Notes under the pieces: generated by a model
Database searches by the model: none
Seen by the model: only the letters and a program-made list of their open reading frames with translations
What the model was told of the DNA's origin: nothing
Source: a virus
Reading direction: 5' to 3' (one strand)
IMG/VR virus record: IMGVR_UViG_3300023313_000003
Coordinates: 15,486-79,485 of that record
Length of the DNA stretch: 64,000 nucleotides
Part shown: positions 38,917-47,198 of the stretch, piece after piece
Position numbering within the stretch: the first letter of the stretch is position 1
Layout of the letters: every line of letters starts with the position of its first letter
Translations under genes and position numbers: made by a program

Positions 38917-39535
38917 AAGGCCATACCTTTGTTAATTTCATTGCGTACATTGCATACTCTTTTTGTTTAAGTTTTTTATAAGAATGTATATCTTGAAATT
39001 CGTCTTCAGATAATACTAATAAGATTAAAGCACTAATTACTGCTTCAGATCCTTTTATTATAAGAGGTATTTTACCCCCAAGAGTAGCTTGGATATAGTT
39101 ATCTAAAGCAAAACATATATGATAGTAACATTGCTCTAAGAATGTTCCTTTCATCTCTCTTTTACCTTCTACTGAAAACTTCTTGCACATATTTCTTAAT
39201 TTTTGAGCATTACCTTTGCCTTCTAAATATAAAAACATTTCATCACATGACTGACTTATAACCTTGCCTTTAAAACTTTGTTGAATATCATCAATAAGAA
39301 ATCTAAGTAAGTCACACCTTTGAGATTCAGGCATAATGCTTAAGCAAAAGAATAGAATCCAATCGCCCCTACCTTCATCTACAATATTTAAGAAGTCATT
39401 TTTACGAGTTGAAATATCAACATTAGTTTGCCCTTCAAATCTTTTAAATAGAATTTTTTGAGCAACAGTGCAAGCTTGCATATCTTCTATCATTTTAATA
39501 TTGAAATTCTTTAAATCTATTTTCTTCTTTGCCAT
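38909..39535 (-). CDS. Hypothetical protein
   Basis: 208-aa ORF with RBS. Confidence 0.7.
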   Translation of the reverse strand: MAKKKIDLKNFNIKMIEDMQACTVAQKILFKRFEGQTNVDISTRKNDFLNIVDEGRGDWILFFCLSIMPESQRCDLLRFLIDDIQQSFKGKVISQSCDEMFLYLEGKGNAQKLRNMCKKFSVEGKREMKGTFLEQCYYHICFALDNYIQATLGGKIPLIIKGSEAVISALILLVLSEDEFQDIHSYKKLKQKEYAMYAMKLTKVWPFE

Positions 39536-39603
39536 ATCCTACTCTTTAAGTATTACTAAGTTATCTTTGTTAATCTTGGTTAATATAAGGTATAAAGTCA
39601 AAT

Positions 39604-39858
39604 TTACTCATCTTCTTTTTCACTAAGTAAAATTTTCATAAACATTTTTTTAGTCATTCTCATATCACCTTTTCTTACTCTATCTAAAATTGACTGTTTT
39701 GCTTGTCTTTTACCTTGGTTCGATTGTTTTTTTGCTTTGTAATCTCTTAGAGTTTCTTGAAGTTCATCTTCAAGGTTTTCTAATTCTTTTCTTTTTCTTC
39801 TGATTAATCTTTTTAAATGATTTTTTCTTTCTCTTATATCAGCTACTTTATATGTCAA
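39604..39858 (-). CDS. Basic coiled-coil hypothetical protein
   Basis: TTG start with AGGAGAG RBS; promoter motif upstream. Confidence 0.65.
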   Translation of the reverse strand: MTYKVADIRERKNHLKRLIRRKRKELENLEDELQETLRDYKAKKQSNQGKRQAKQSILDRVRKGDMRMTKKMFMKILLSEKEDE

Positions 39859-39893
39859 GGTACTCTCCTATTTTAGAAAGTTAGTTATGATAT

Positions 39894-39904
39894 ATATTTA
39901 CAAT
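39894..39904 (-). promoter_or_regulatory. Putative late promoter ATTGTAAATAT
   Basis: Motif copy upstream of the 39858 ORF. Confidence 0.5.
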
Positions 39905-39915
39905 AAGAGTTAGAA

Positions 39916-40134
39916 TTAAATAAGAACTGGTTTATTTGAAAGGAAATTTTTAAAAGCTATAACTGCAAGTTTCCAAGTGTCATAGCTCCCAATTATAGTT
40001 GCGTTTACAATTAAAGAATAAGGATTAGGGCCAGGAACGTATGCGATAGTCGCATCATACCCTCGGTAACTCTCGGCCCATGTGTTATTTGAAGTCTTTT
40101 CAAAGCGATATATATTTTCTACACTATTTTTCAT
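39916..40134 (-). CDS. Hypothetical protein
   Basis: 72-aa ORF; variant motif AGTGTATATAT about 5 nt upstream, possibly leaderless. Confidence 0.55.
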   Translation of the reverse strand: MKNSVENIYRFEKTSNNTWAESYRGYDATIAYVPGPNPYSLIVNATIIGSYDTWKLAVIAFKNFLSNKPVLI

Positions 40135-40210
40135 GTACTATATATACACTATTTCGGTAAAGTTAGTTCTATAACCTTAAGTGATATTAAAATAATAATG
40201 CAAGCGATAA

Positions 40211-40507
40211 TCATAACATTCTCCTTATTCTATATTCTTGAAGAATTAAATCAATTCCTCGGGTAAAACTACCATCTCCAACTTTCTTTATTTCTCTCCA
40301 AGAATCAGGTAGTAATTTAATCAATTTAGGCATACGTTTTTTATCATCTCTTGTAGGCCTACCAACTGGATTCCTATTTGGATTTTCCTTTGCCCTTCTT
40401 CTTTTATTCATAGTTGAAGGACTCATTTTACAATTGCCATGCTTTTTTTTAGGGCCTGGCTTTTTATGTTTCTTTTTAGGCTTTTCGTCTAGTATTTGGT
40501 CAAGCAT
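40211..40507 (-). CDS. Putative DNA-binding protein (GRP motif plus RHH-like C-terminus)
   Basis: Very basic; VGRPT...LIKL....W..I....G.GSFTRGI..IL. Confidence 0.55.
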   Translation of the reverse strand: MLDQILDEKPKKKHKKPGPKKKHGNCKMSPSTMNKRRRAKENPNRNPVGRPTRDDKKRMPKLIKLLPDSWREIKKVGDGSFTRGIDLILQEYRIRRML

Positions 40508-40725
40508 TACTTACTCCAATTATTTTTGTTTCTACATTTTCCACATAAGTCACTACTAAACTGTGGGGCCTCTCTTGTGCAATCTTTAGTAATACACTTT
40601 TTTCTAGGGTATAAGTTTTGAGGCCCACCAAACTCTTGAGATAAACTTCGACAACTTTTAATTTCGAGTATTTGCTCTTGTAGAAGTTTTAATTTTTCTT
40701 TAATATTATTAATTTGTTCTTGCAT
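40507..40725 (-). CDS. Hypothetical Cys-containing protein
   Basis: C....C...CGKC; coupled start/stop. Confidence 0.6.
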   Translation of the reverse strand: MQEQINNIKEKLKLLQEQILEIKSCRSLSQEFGGPQNLYPRKKCITKDCTREAPQFSSDLCGKCRNKNNWSK

Positions 40726-40859
40726 TACTTACTCCCTTTAACCTGATAACCTTTAGACTGTAAAAAATCGATAGCAACTTTTACGATAACTACATTGGCT
40801 ATTTGTTTAACTGCTTGTGCTACTTTATCTTGTGTTGTTTTTTCTTTTGTCTTGCTCAT
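40725..40859 (-). CDS. Small hypothetical protein (44 aa, not in ORF track)
   Basis: MSKTKEKTTQDKVAQAVK...; GGAGG RBS; stop overlaps the next start. Confidence 0.6.
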   Translation of the reverse strand: MSKTKEKTTQDKVAQAVKQIANVVIVKVAIDFLQSKGYQVKGSK

Positions 40860-40888
40860 TCTTTCCTCCCGAAAAAATTTTATTATTA

Positions 40889-41263
40889 TTAACTATCTTC
40901 TTCTTCTCCTGCCCATTCGTACCAATCATCACCATGTTCTGAAAAATAATGATAATCCATATATCTATGAATTAATTCACTAAATATATCACTTTTATCT
41001 TTACTACTATAAAATGATTCTTCGATTAAAACAGATAAAGGCATTTTAATTCTTAAAATCACTATTTCGATATGCTGAGATTCTAATCTTAATTTATTAA
41101 GAATATATTGATAAAGTTCTCTATAATGTATCAATTTACCTTTAGTTTTAAATTTCTTTTTTTCAAAAATATTTCTATTAAAAGGTTTACGATTTTCTTC
41201 ATTACCAATTCTTAAAGGTTTACTATCTTCACCTATCCCTATAGTTATTTTTTTGTAATTCAT
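40889..41263 (-). CDS. Hypothetical protein
   Basis: 124-aa ORF in the early-type cluster. Confidence 0.6.
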   Translation of the reverse strand: MNYKKITIGIGEDSKPLRIGNEENRKPFNRNIFEKKKFKTKGKLIHYRELYQYILNKLRLESQHIEIVILRIKMPLSVLIEESFYSSKDKSDIFSELIHRYMDYHYFSEHGDDWYEWAGEEEDS

Positions 41264-41264
41264 T

Positions 41265-42116
41265 TTAAAATTTCACCTTTACAGTTTTAGTCAATCTAGC
41301 CATGTTAGAATTATCATCAGTAAGAATCTCTAATTGGTACTTGTCGGTAATTTCTTTTAAACCATATTCAGTAAAATCGCTTAGTTCTTCTAATAGGATA
41401 TTATAAGTAATTTCAACACTTTTATTGTCCTTACCAACTACATAACTGGAGTCTAATAATTGCCAATAAGGGCCAAACTCTTCATCTAATACTGCATTAT
41501 CATCTTGAATAAGGTAGTAGTCTAAAAGAGATTGTAGCTTTTCGTTTTTATCTTTTTCACAATATGCCATTATATTATTTTCTAGTAATGAATAATTATA
41601 ATGTTCACAAGTATTATCATAATCATTAACAACAAATAAACCGCAGTATATCCCATTATCTTCTCGCCATTCTTCAGCAATTAAAAAAGCATGATGATCA
41701 TTAAGGTAATAAGTAACATCTCTATTCATTGGAGTAATTACCTTTTTTGTACCCCTATCGTTAAGCATAAATATTTCTTCAGCACTTGAAGAAACTACAA
41801 TTGGTGAAGAAGAATAAAGCCCACTAACTGAGGAACAAGTCTCGCTATTATCTAAGTATTCTTCTAAGTATTTAAGTTCATCTTCTTTAAATAATCCTCT
41901 AATATGACTAATATCATAAACATAATCAACACCATCAATATCATTGCATGACATATAGTCATAATTTTCTAAGCTATCTACATTTTTAATTAATTCATTA
42001 ATGTCTTTAATATCATCAAATATTTTGTTGTATTCCAATTGTATTTTATTATCTATTTTTATTACTTTTTCATTTTGTTTTTTTAATTCTTGTTTTAATT
42101 GGTTAATTGTTTGCAT
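41265..42116 (-). CDS. Acidic hypothetical protein
   Basis: 283 aa, D/E/Y-rich; AAAGGAAAACAAAATG start context. Confidence 0.75.
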   Translation of the reverse strand: MQTINQLKQELKKQNEKVIKIDNKIQLEYNKIFDDIKDINELIKNVDSLENYDYMSCNDIDGVDYVYDISHIRGLFKEDELKYLEEYLDNSETCSSVSGLYSSSPIVVSSSAEEIFMLNDRGTKKVITPMNRDVTYYLNDHHAFLIAEEWREDNGIYCGLFVVNDYDNTCEHYNYSLLENNIMAYCEKDKNEKLQSLLDYYLIQDDNAVLDEEFGPYWQLLDSSYVVGKDNKSVEITYNILLEELSDFTEYGLKEITDKYQLEILTDDNSNMARLTKTVKVKF

Positions 42117-42131
42117 TTTGTTTTCCTTTTG

Positions 42132-42521
42132 TTAATTGTTTTCTTCTTTTTCTTCGGCCATTTCGATTAAAGTTTCTTTTTCGTAGTCACTTCTTTTATC
42201 TTCATCAATTTTTAAGTAGTCGCATAATTCAGAATGAGAATAATCATCAAAATTTTCTTGATTATCAAAATCACTTTCGGCCTCATCAAAATCATTTCGA
42301 TCATAATACTCTCCATCGTATTCAACTAAATCCTCATTATCAATAAAATCAGATAATCCACAATTATAAGCAGTAGGGTCAATTTCGCTTAATATCCTAC
42401 TTGGATAATACTCAAGGCCAGCAACACTGACAGGCCCCTCACAATCTAAAAATTCATCATACCTTTGATCAATATCAACTGCTGTATAATCTTGCTCTAA
42501 AATTTCTTCTAATGTTTTCAT
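42132..42521 (-). CDS. Highly acidic protein, candidate DNA mimic
   Basis: Roughly a third D/E; YDEFLD...V.VAG..Y.PS..L.E.DPTAY.CG..D motif recurrent in early phage genes. Confidence 0.7.
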   Translation of the reverse strand: MKTLEEILEQDYTAVDIDQRYDEFLDCEGPVSVAGLEYYPSRILSEIDPTAYNCGLSDFIDNEDLVEYDGEYYDRNDFDEAESDFDNQENFDDYSHSELCDYLKIDEDKRSDYEKETLIEMAEEKEENN

Positions 42522-42758
42522 TTAATTTTCCTTTGTTAATTGGTTTAATTGTTTCTTAGTTATTTCTTGGTTTAATTGGTATGATCTAGCACCTTCAGGA
42601 CAATGCCATAAATCAATAAAAGCACTTTCATCATTAGCATTGTTTAAGGCACTTATAGCCATATCCAACTCGCTATAAAATCCTATTGTTTGAGTAGTTT
42701 CATCTTCTAAAACAATACCTAGCTCCCAATGCAATTTTATTTTATTCATTATAGCCAC
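42522..42758 (-). CDS. Hypothetical protein
   Basis: 78-aa ORF in the operon. Confidence 0.6.
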   Translation of the reverse strand: MAIMNKIKLHWELGIVLEDETTQTIGFYSELDMAISALNNANDESAFIDLWHCPEGARSYQLNQEITKKQLNQLTKEN

Positions 42759-43006
42759 CTAAAATATAAATTAGAATTACTTAATCTTGTATATATGCCA
42801 ACTGTATTTATAGTACAAAAATTAAGCACTAATTTTATACTACCTAGACTTTCAATTTCAGTATTAACAGCTACATCAAAAGTCACAACTTCAATTGGTT
42901 TATTAAATATCGTAAATTCATCATCATATTGATCGGGGGTAGGTAAAATAATTTCATTTCTATATATATTAAAATGTTCAGCTAAAACTTTAACTATTTC
43001 TTTCAT
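42749..43006 (-). CDS. Hypothetical protein
   Basis: 85-aa ORF with GAGG RBS. Confidence 0.6.
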   Translation of the reverse strand: MKEIVKVLAEHFNIYRNEIILPTPDQYDDEFTIFNKPIEVVTFDVAVNTEIESLGSIKLVLNFCTINTVGIYTRLSNSNLYFRWL

Positions 43007-43439
43007 TACATTTATCCTCTAATTCATCTATATTAATCTGATTATCCTTTAAAAGCTTTTCAAGTTCTTCATTTGTTATATTATTTAAGAACAAGTCAAT
43101 AATTTCCCTTTCTTCAATAACAGAATCATTAATTAATTGTTGAAGTTGTGTCTTAATATTTTTTTGCTTTATCGCTTTTTTAATTCTAATTGCTTCAGAA
43201 TAATAACTATTTAATTTTTCAAAGCTAAAATCAAAGTTTTGAGTTCTATCAAGCCAAGCAATTGCATTAATATTAACTAAAAATTTATTGGCACTTTTAA
43301 GTATTTCTTCATGCAATTCAGGGCAATTATTAGAATTTAAATAATCAAGTTCATCAATTATTAAATTTCTATAACTACTATCTAAGTTATCAAGTATCAT
43401 CATTTTTATATGTAATTTATATAAGTCATTTTCTTGCAT
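42990..43439 (-). CDS. Hypothetical protein
   Basis: 149-aa ORF with GAGG RBS. Confidence 0.65.
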   Translation of the reverse strand: MQENDLYKLHIKMMILDNLDSSYRNLIIDELDYLNSNNCPELHEEILKSANKFLVNINAIAWLDRTQNFDFSFEKLNSYYSEAIRIKKAIKQKNIKTQLQQLINDSVIEEREIIDLFLNNITNEELEKLLKDNQINIDELEDKCNERNS

Positions 43440-43442
43440 GGT

Positions 43443-43580
43443 TTAATCCTCTATTTCATTTTGAACATTTGATATTAGATCAATTAAATATTCTTTTCTG
43501 TTATCGCTTAAATTTTTATCATTTGCTATTATTAGACAAGCGTTATCTAATATAGATATTATTTCCTTTTCAAATTCCAT
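43443..43580 (-). CDS. Small hypothetical protein (45 aa, not in ORF track)
   Basis: MEFEKEIISILDNAC...; AGGAG RBS; fills the gap. Confidence 0.6.
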   Translation of the reverse strand: MEFEKEIISILDNACLIIANDKNLSDNRKEYLIDLISNVQNEIED

Positions 43581-43932
43581 AATATACTCCTTGGCTTAAA
43601 ATTTTTATAATTGGTTTATTTATTTCTAATTGGTTAAGAGTTTTTAATTCCCTAGTAGTATATGGATTGTAATAATTAAAGTTATTAATAAGCATATCAA
43701 CTAAATTATTGGCCTGGAGTTTTAATTGTTTTTCAAGCCTTTCAATACTACCTGTAATTTTTAAGTAAATTTCACCATCGCCAATTGTCCAACAACTAAG
43801 CTCATCATTTAAATGATTAATCCTTTTAGTAGTTTGCAAAACCGATTCGCTTAAGCTATTTATAAGCATATCAAATTCATTTTGTGATAAATCAATATTA
43901 TAAGTAAGTTTAGACAATGGGATTATATTCAT
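43570..43932 (-). CDS. Hypothetical protein, paralog of 43932..44270 (start likely MNIIP at 43932)
   Basis: Shared Y...L.Q.....LI..LSE and NPY/F...EL..L; AGGGG RBS before 43932. Confidence 0.65.
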   Translation of the reverse strand: MNIIPLSKLTYNIDLSQNEFDMLINSLSESVLQTTKRINHLNDELSCWTIGDGEIYLKITGSIERLEKQLKLQANNLVDMLINNFNYYNPYTTRELKTLNQLEINKPIIKILSQGVYYGI

Positions 43933-44270
43933 TAAATACCCCCTATGTTTATAAAGTCGTATACTCTTTGTGTAGCATGGCAATTTTTTAATAATGACAA
44001 TTCAACACTATTAAAAGGATTATGATATTCATTATTTAATTCTAGTAAATCTAATAATTGACAACTTGAAGAAAAAAGTAATTGTTCTTTGTGGCTTAAG
44101 CCTCTTTTAATATTAAAGTATTCTGTTTCGTCATCATCTTCAAAATGAATAGTAAGATCATCAAATAATTTATTAACTACTATTAACCTTTCGATAATAT
44201 CTTCACTTAATACACTTATTAAATTGTTTAATTGTTTTTGTTCTAATTTTAATTTATACATATTATTCAC
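43932..44270 (-). CDS. Hypothetical protein, paralog of 43570..43932
   Basis: Pairwise similarity seen by eye. Confidence 0.65.
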   Translation of the reverse strand: MNNMYKLKLEQKQLNNLISVLSEDIIERLIVVNKLFDDLTIHFEDDDETEYFNIKRGLSHKEQLLFSSSCQLLDLLELNNEYHNPFNSVELSLLKNCHATQRVYDFINIGGI

Positions 44271-44273
44271 CTT

Positions 44274-44429
44274 TTATTGTCCAAAAAATTTTAGTTGTTT
44301 AATCATATCGAGAATTAAATTTTCTTCTTGTGCATTTTTAGCCTTTAAAAAACACTTGTTTAAATATTCTAATTTCTCATTATATCCATTTAATTTATCA
44401 ATCTTTTTTAATATATTACTTGTTTTCAA
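44274..44429 (-). CDS. Small hypothetical protein (51 aa, not in ORF track)
   Basis: TTG start after AAGGTG; fills the gap. Confidence 0.5.
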   Translation of the reverse strand: MKTSNILKKIDKLNGYNEKLEYLNKCFLKAKNAQEENLILDMIKQLKFFGQ

Positions 44430-44457
44430 CTTTTCACCTTTCCTTTTATTATCCCAA

Positions 44458-45072
44458 TTAAACTTTACAGGGCATTAATACGGCCTTTTCAATGCCTTGT
44501 ATTGCTTTTCCAGTAACAAGAATAGGCTTAATTGTGCAAGTATCCTTTTCAAGTATCATTTTTTTATTAATGTTAAATGTTATTATTTTTGTTTTCCCTG
44601 AATTTTCCATGCTAGAAACTAAATCTTTTAATAAGTCAAAATTAAAACCTATTTTAAAATTTTCTTCACTTTCTTTTAAATTGCCTAGAATACTATCAAG
44701 CTTTACATAATCCCGATCAATTACATTCAATTGCATTAAAAATTTATCTCCCAATTGAATAATTAAATTGTCACTTAATGAAAAGGTTAACTCGGGGCCT
44801 TCTTTTTTGTACTCTTTTAATATGGCTTTTAATCCCTTTTCATTATTTCTATTGATTATTAAGCCCTCTTTGAAATTATCAAATAAAAACTCATTAAAGC
44901 CCCTATCGTTTAATATAGTTTGATTCATGCAAAAGCCATTTGTTGATTCTAGTATTACAGTGTCATACTCTCCGGGCCGACAATTTACCCCCATTAAAAA
45001 AGTTCTTGTTTCATCTTTTGAAGCAACTTTAATTAAATTTGTAATTGTTTGAATTGTTTTTTTGTAAATCAT
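44458..45072 (-). CDS. Truncated DNA polymerase III beta sliding clamp-like protein (two domains)
   Basis: ASKDETR.FL.GV, STNG (ATDG-like), IGFN..LL.D and C-terminal VLMPCKV match DnaN domains 2-3. Confidence 0.75.
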   Translation of the reverse strand: MIYKKTIQTITNLIKVASKDETRTFLMGVNCRPGEYDTVILESTNGFCMNQTILNDRGFNEFLFDNFKEGLIINRNNEKGLKAILKEYKKEGPELTFSLSDNLIIQLGDKFLMQLNVIDRDYVKLDSILGNLKESEENFKIGFNFDLLKDLVSSMENSGKTKIITFNINKKMILEKDTCTIKPILVTGKAIQGIEKAVLMPCKV

Positions 45073-45151
45073 TTTGTTTTCCTTTGTTAGTTTTTGTTAA
45101 TTGGTTAATGTTTCTTTTAATGTTTAGTTAATCTCTTTTAATGTTTTTAAT

Positions 45152-45171
45152 AGGCCCTATTGTCAGGGCCT
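45152..45171 (-). terminator. Hairpin after the Ocr-like gene (terminator or processing site)
   Basis: AGGCCCT-N6-AGGGCCT inverted repeat; lacks a strong T tract. Confidence 0.4.
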
Positions 45172-45178
45172 TAATTAA

Positions 45179-45709
45179 TTAATCTAAGTTCTTTTCTAAG
45201 TAGGCAAGTACACCGTTGAAAATTTCTTGTGCTTCTAGGTATTGGCCAGCTTGCAAAATACTGTTAATATCTCTTGAATTGCCTAGCTCTAATTCTAGGG
45301 CCTCATTGCAAAATCTTTGACGCTTTAAATTACTACTTAACCAATTAGTTAAATGATGATTATAAATACTAATTAATGAGTCGCAAATTTCAGGCTCAAT
45401 GTCTCGAATATCGTCTAAATCATTGAAGCTATACTCTAATAAATTACCTATAATTGAGTAGGCCGTTTCATACCTATAATTATCAGGCATGAACTCAATA
45501 CCATGTATTAAGTCTCTAAAATCATCTTGCATTAATTCACTTGTATTATCTTTTAAACAATAGAAAGCTTCATCATTTATATTTATTTTTCTTTCAAATT
45601 GATTATAAATCTTTTCAAGAATTAACTTGATTTTTAGTTCTTCACCTTGGCAATTTAAATCACTTAAATTTTTACTTGTTTCTAATTGTTCTTGTAATTG
45701 TTCTTTCAT
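45179..45709 (-). CDS. Ocr (T7 gp0.3)-like anti-restriction DNA-mimic protein
   Basis: DIRDIEPEICDSLISIYNHHL and RDINSILQAGQY align by eye with Ocr [22 protein letters not shown] and KDVIRILQARIY; acidic; near the start of the early cluster. Confidence 0.6.
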   Translation of the reverse strand: MKEQLQEQLETSKNLSDLNCQGEELKIKLILEKIYNQFERKININDEAFYCLKDNTSELMQDDFRDLIHGIEFMPDNYRYETAYSIIGNLLEYSFNDLDDIRDIEPEICDSLISIYNHHLTNWLSSNLKRQRFCNEALELELGNSRDINSILQAGQYLEAQEIFNGVLAYLEKNLD

Positions 45710-45749
45710 TTTGTTTTCCTTTGACCTTTTCGGTCGGTTAATATTCTTT

Positions 45750-45950
45750 TTATATTGTTTTTAATATTTTAATTTCTAACGCTTGAAGTCTTTTAATCTT
45801 TCTTAAGACTAATATTTCAATAATTGAATTTTTATTATATTCTAAGAACTCAATTAAAATTGTTTTCTTGCCTTTTAAGATTTTAATTTCTTCTAATTTA
45901 TAAGCCGTTTTAATTTCTTTAATTGTGTTTTTTAAGTTTTTGTAATTCAT
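45750..45950 (-). CDS. Hypothetical basic protein
   Basis: 66 aa with AAGGT RBS. Confidence 0.55.
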   Translation of the reverse strand: MNYKNLKNTIKEIKTAYKLEEIKILKGKKTILIEFLEYNKNSIIEILVLRKIKRLQALEIKILKTI

Positions 45951-45978
45951 TTTTTACCTTTTATTTAAGTTGATATTT

Positions 45979-46062
45979 CTAAATTAATGATCTTTTTATT
46001 AACATAATTATTTTGTAATGTTTTGCTGAAATTCTCGCTTCAAATTGTTTTAATGTTTTCAT
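45979..46062 (-). CDS. Small peptide (27 aa, not in ORF track)
   Basis: MKTLKQFEARISAKHYK...; AAGGGA RBS; first ORF after the non-coding region. Confidence 0.4.
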   Translation of the reverse strand: MKTLKQFEARISAKHYKIIMLIKRSLI

Positions 46063-46364
46063 TTTTTAAATCCCTTGTTTTTCGTTACGGCTATAATTGC
46101 GTATATACGTTATTCCGTCAAGTTTTATTTGTCTATTATTTCAAGTTTTTTTTAATTTATTTTAAGTTTTAACGTATATCCTTATAAAATCAATAACTTA
46201 CGGCTTAATCTTTTTTTATAATTATTGAATAATAATTAAAATAAGCTTATTTTTTTAAAAAAATTTAGACGTTTTTTGTGGTTTAAATGAAAAAAGGCAT
46301 ATTTTTTAAAAATATAAATGACCACTAATATATATATTTTAGCCATACGTTCCTTATTTTCACA

Positions 46365-46404
46365 AGGCCCGGGCCTCTCTCATACGCTCTCATACGCTCT
46401 CATA
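46365..46404. repeat. 12-bp palindrome AGGCCCGGGCCT abutting a 10-bp tandem repeat (CTCTCATACG x2.8)
   Basis: Read directly from sequence. Confidence 0.85.
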
Positions 46405-46706
46405 TCGTTTCTAAGCGTCTTAAATTAAAACTTAATAAGTTAATCGGCTTGCGTTCTTAACGTATGTATAGGCTCGCTTAACGCTCGCTTAGGAACAAAG
46501 TTATAATAAGTTTATGATCTAAATATAATAAGAGATTTAAAAGGTTTATTTATAGTTTCTTTTTATGTGTTGATTGATTGATATGTGAAAGCCAATTGGG
46601 ATAATTCTTTTATGTGTTGAAAATGTGTTTTATAAGATTCTTATATGTACCTATAGGACAAAGGCCACTGTTTTGAATGATTCTAATGGTTTAGGTGTTG
46701 TTGTTT

Positions 46707-46734
46707 ACCCCACATAATTACGGTTATATGGGGT
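46707..46734. other. dif-like 11-6-11 inverted repeat
   Basis: ACCCCACATAA-TTACGG-TTATATGGGGT. Confidence 0.4.
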
Positions 46735-47198
46735 TAAGTCGTTATATAATATGTAAGTAGTTGATAATAAGTTAAGTGAATAGGTGCTTAATGGTGCGGT
46801 TTTCGTATAGGGAAAGATAGACTTTTTAGGCATTGGCCGAGTGACAGGCTGTTTTTCTCGTATATGGTGCTTTTTTGAAGTGCTTTATTTTTCCCATAAT
46901 AGCCTTTATTTAGCGATATAGTTGTGAAGCTTTATATTCCTAAGTTCGTACTAATAAATCAATATATTACGACTCTCCACGTTACTTACTTGTATGTACC
47001 TGTTATCATTGGTGTTTGGTATGCCAAACAAAAGTTAGGCTTCTCATACTATTGGTTGATTGATTTAACAGACTTCTTTACTATGTAGAAGGTGCTTGGT
47101 AGCTAAGGTAAGTAGTTAATATTACACATGTAAGGAAAGATAAAGAAAGATATTGAAAGGTAGTAGCATTGCTTCAGTTTTCTTTACTGAAGGTGTAT

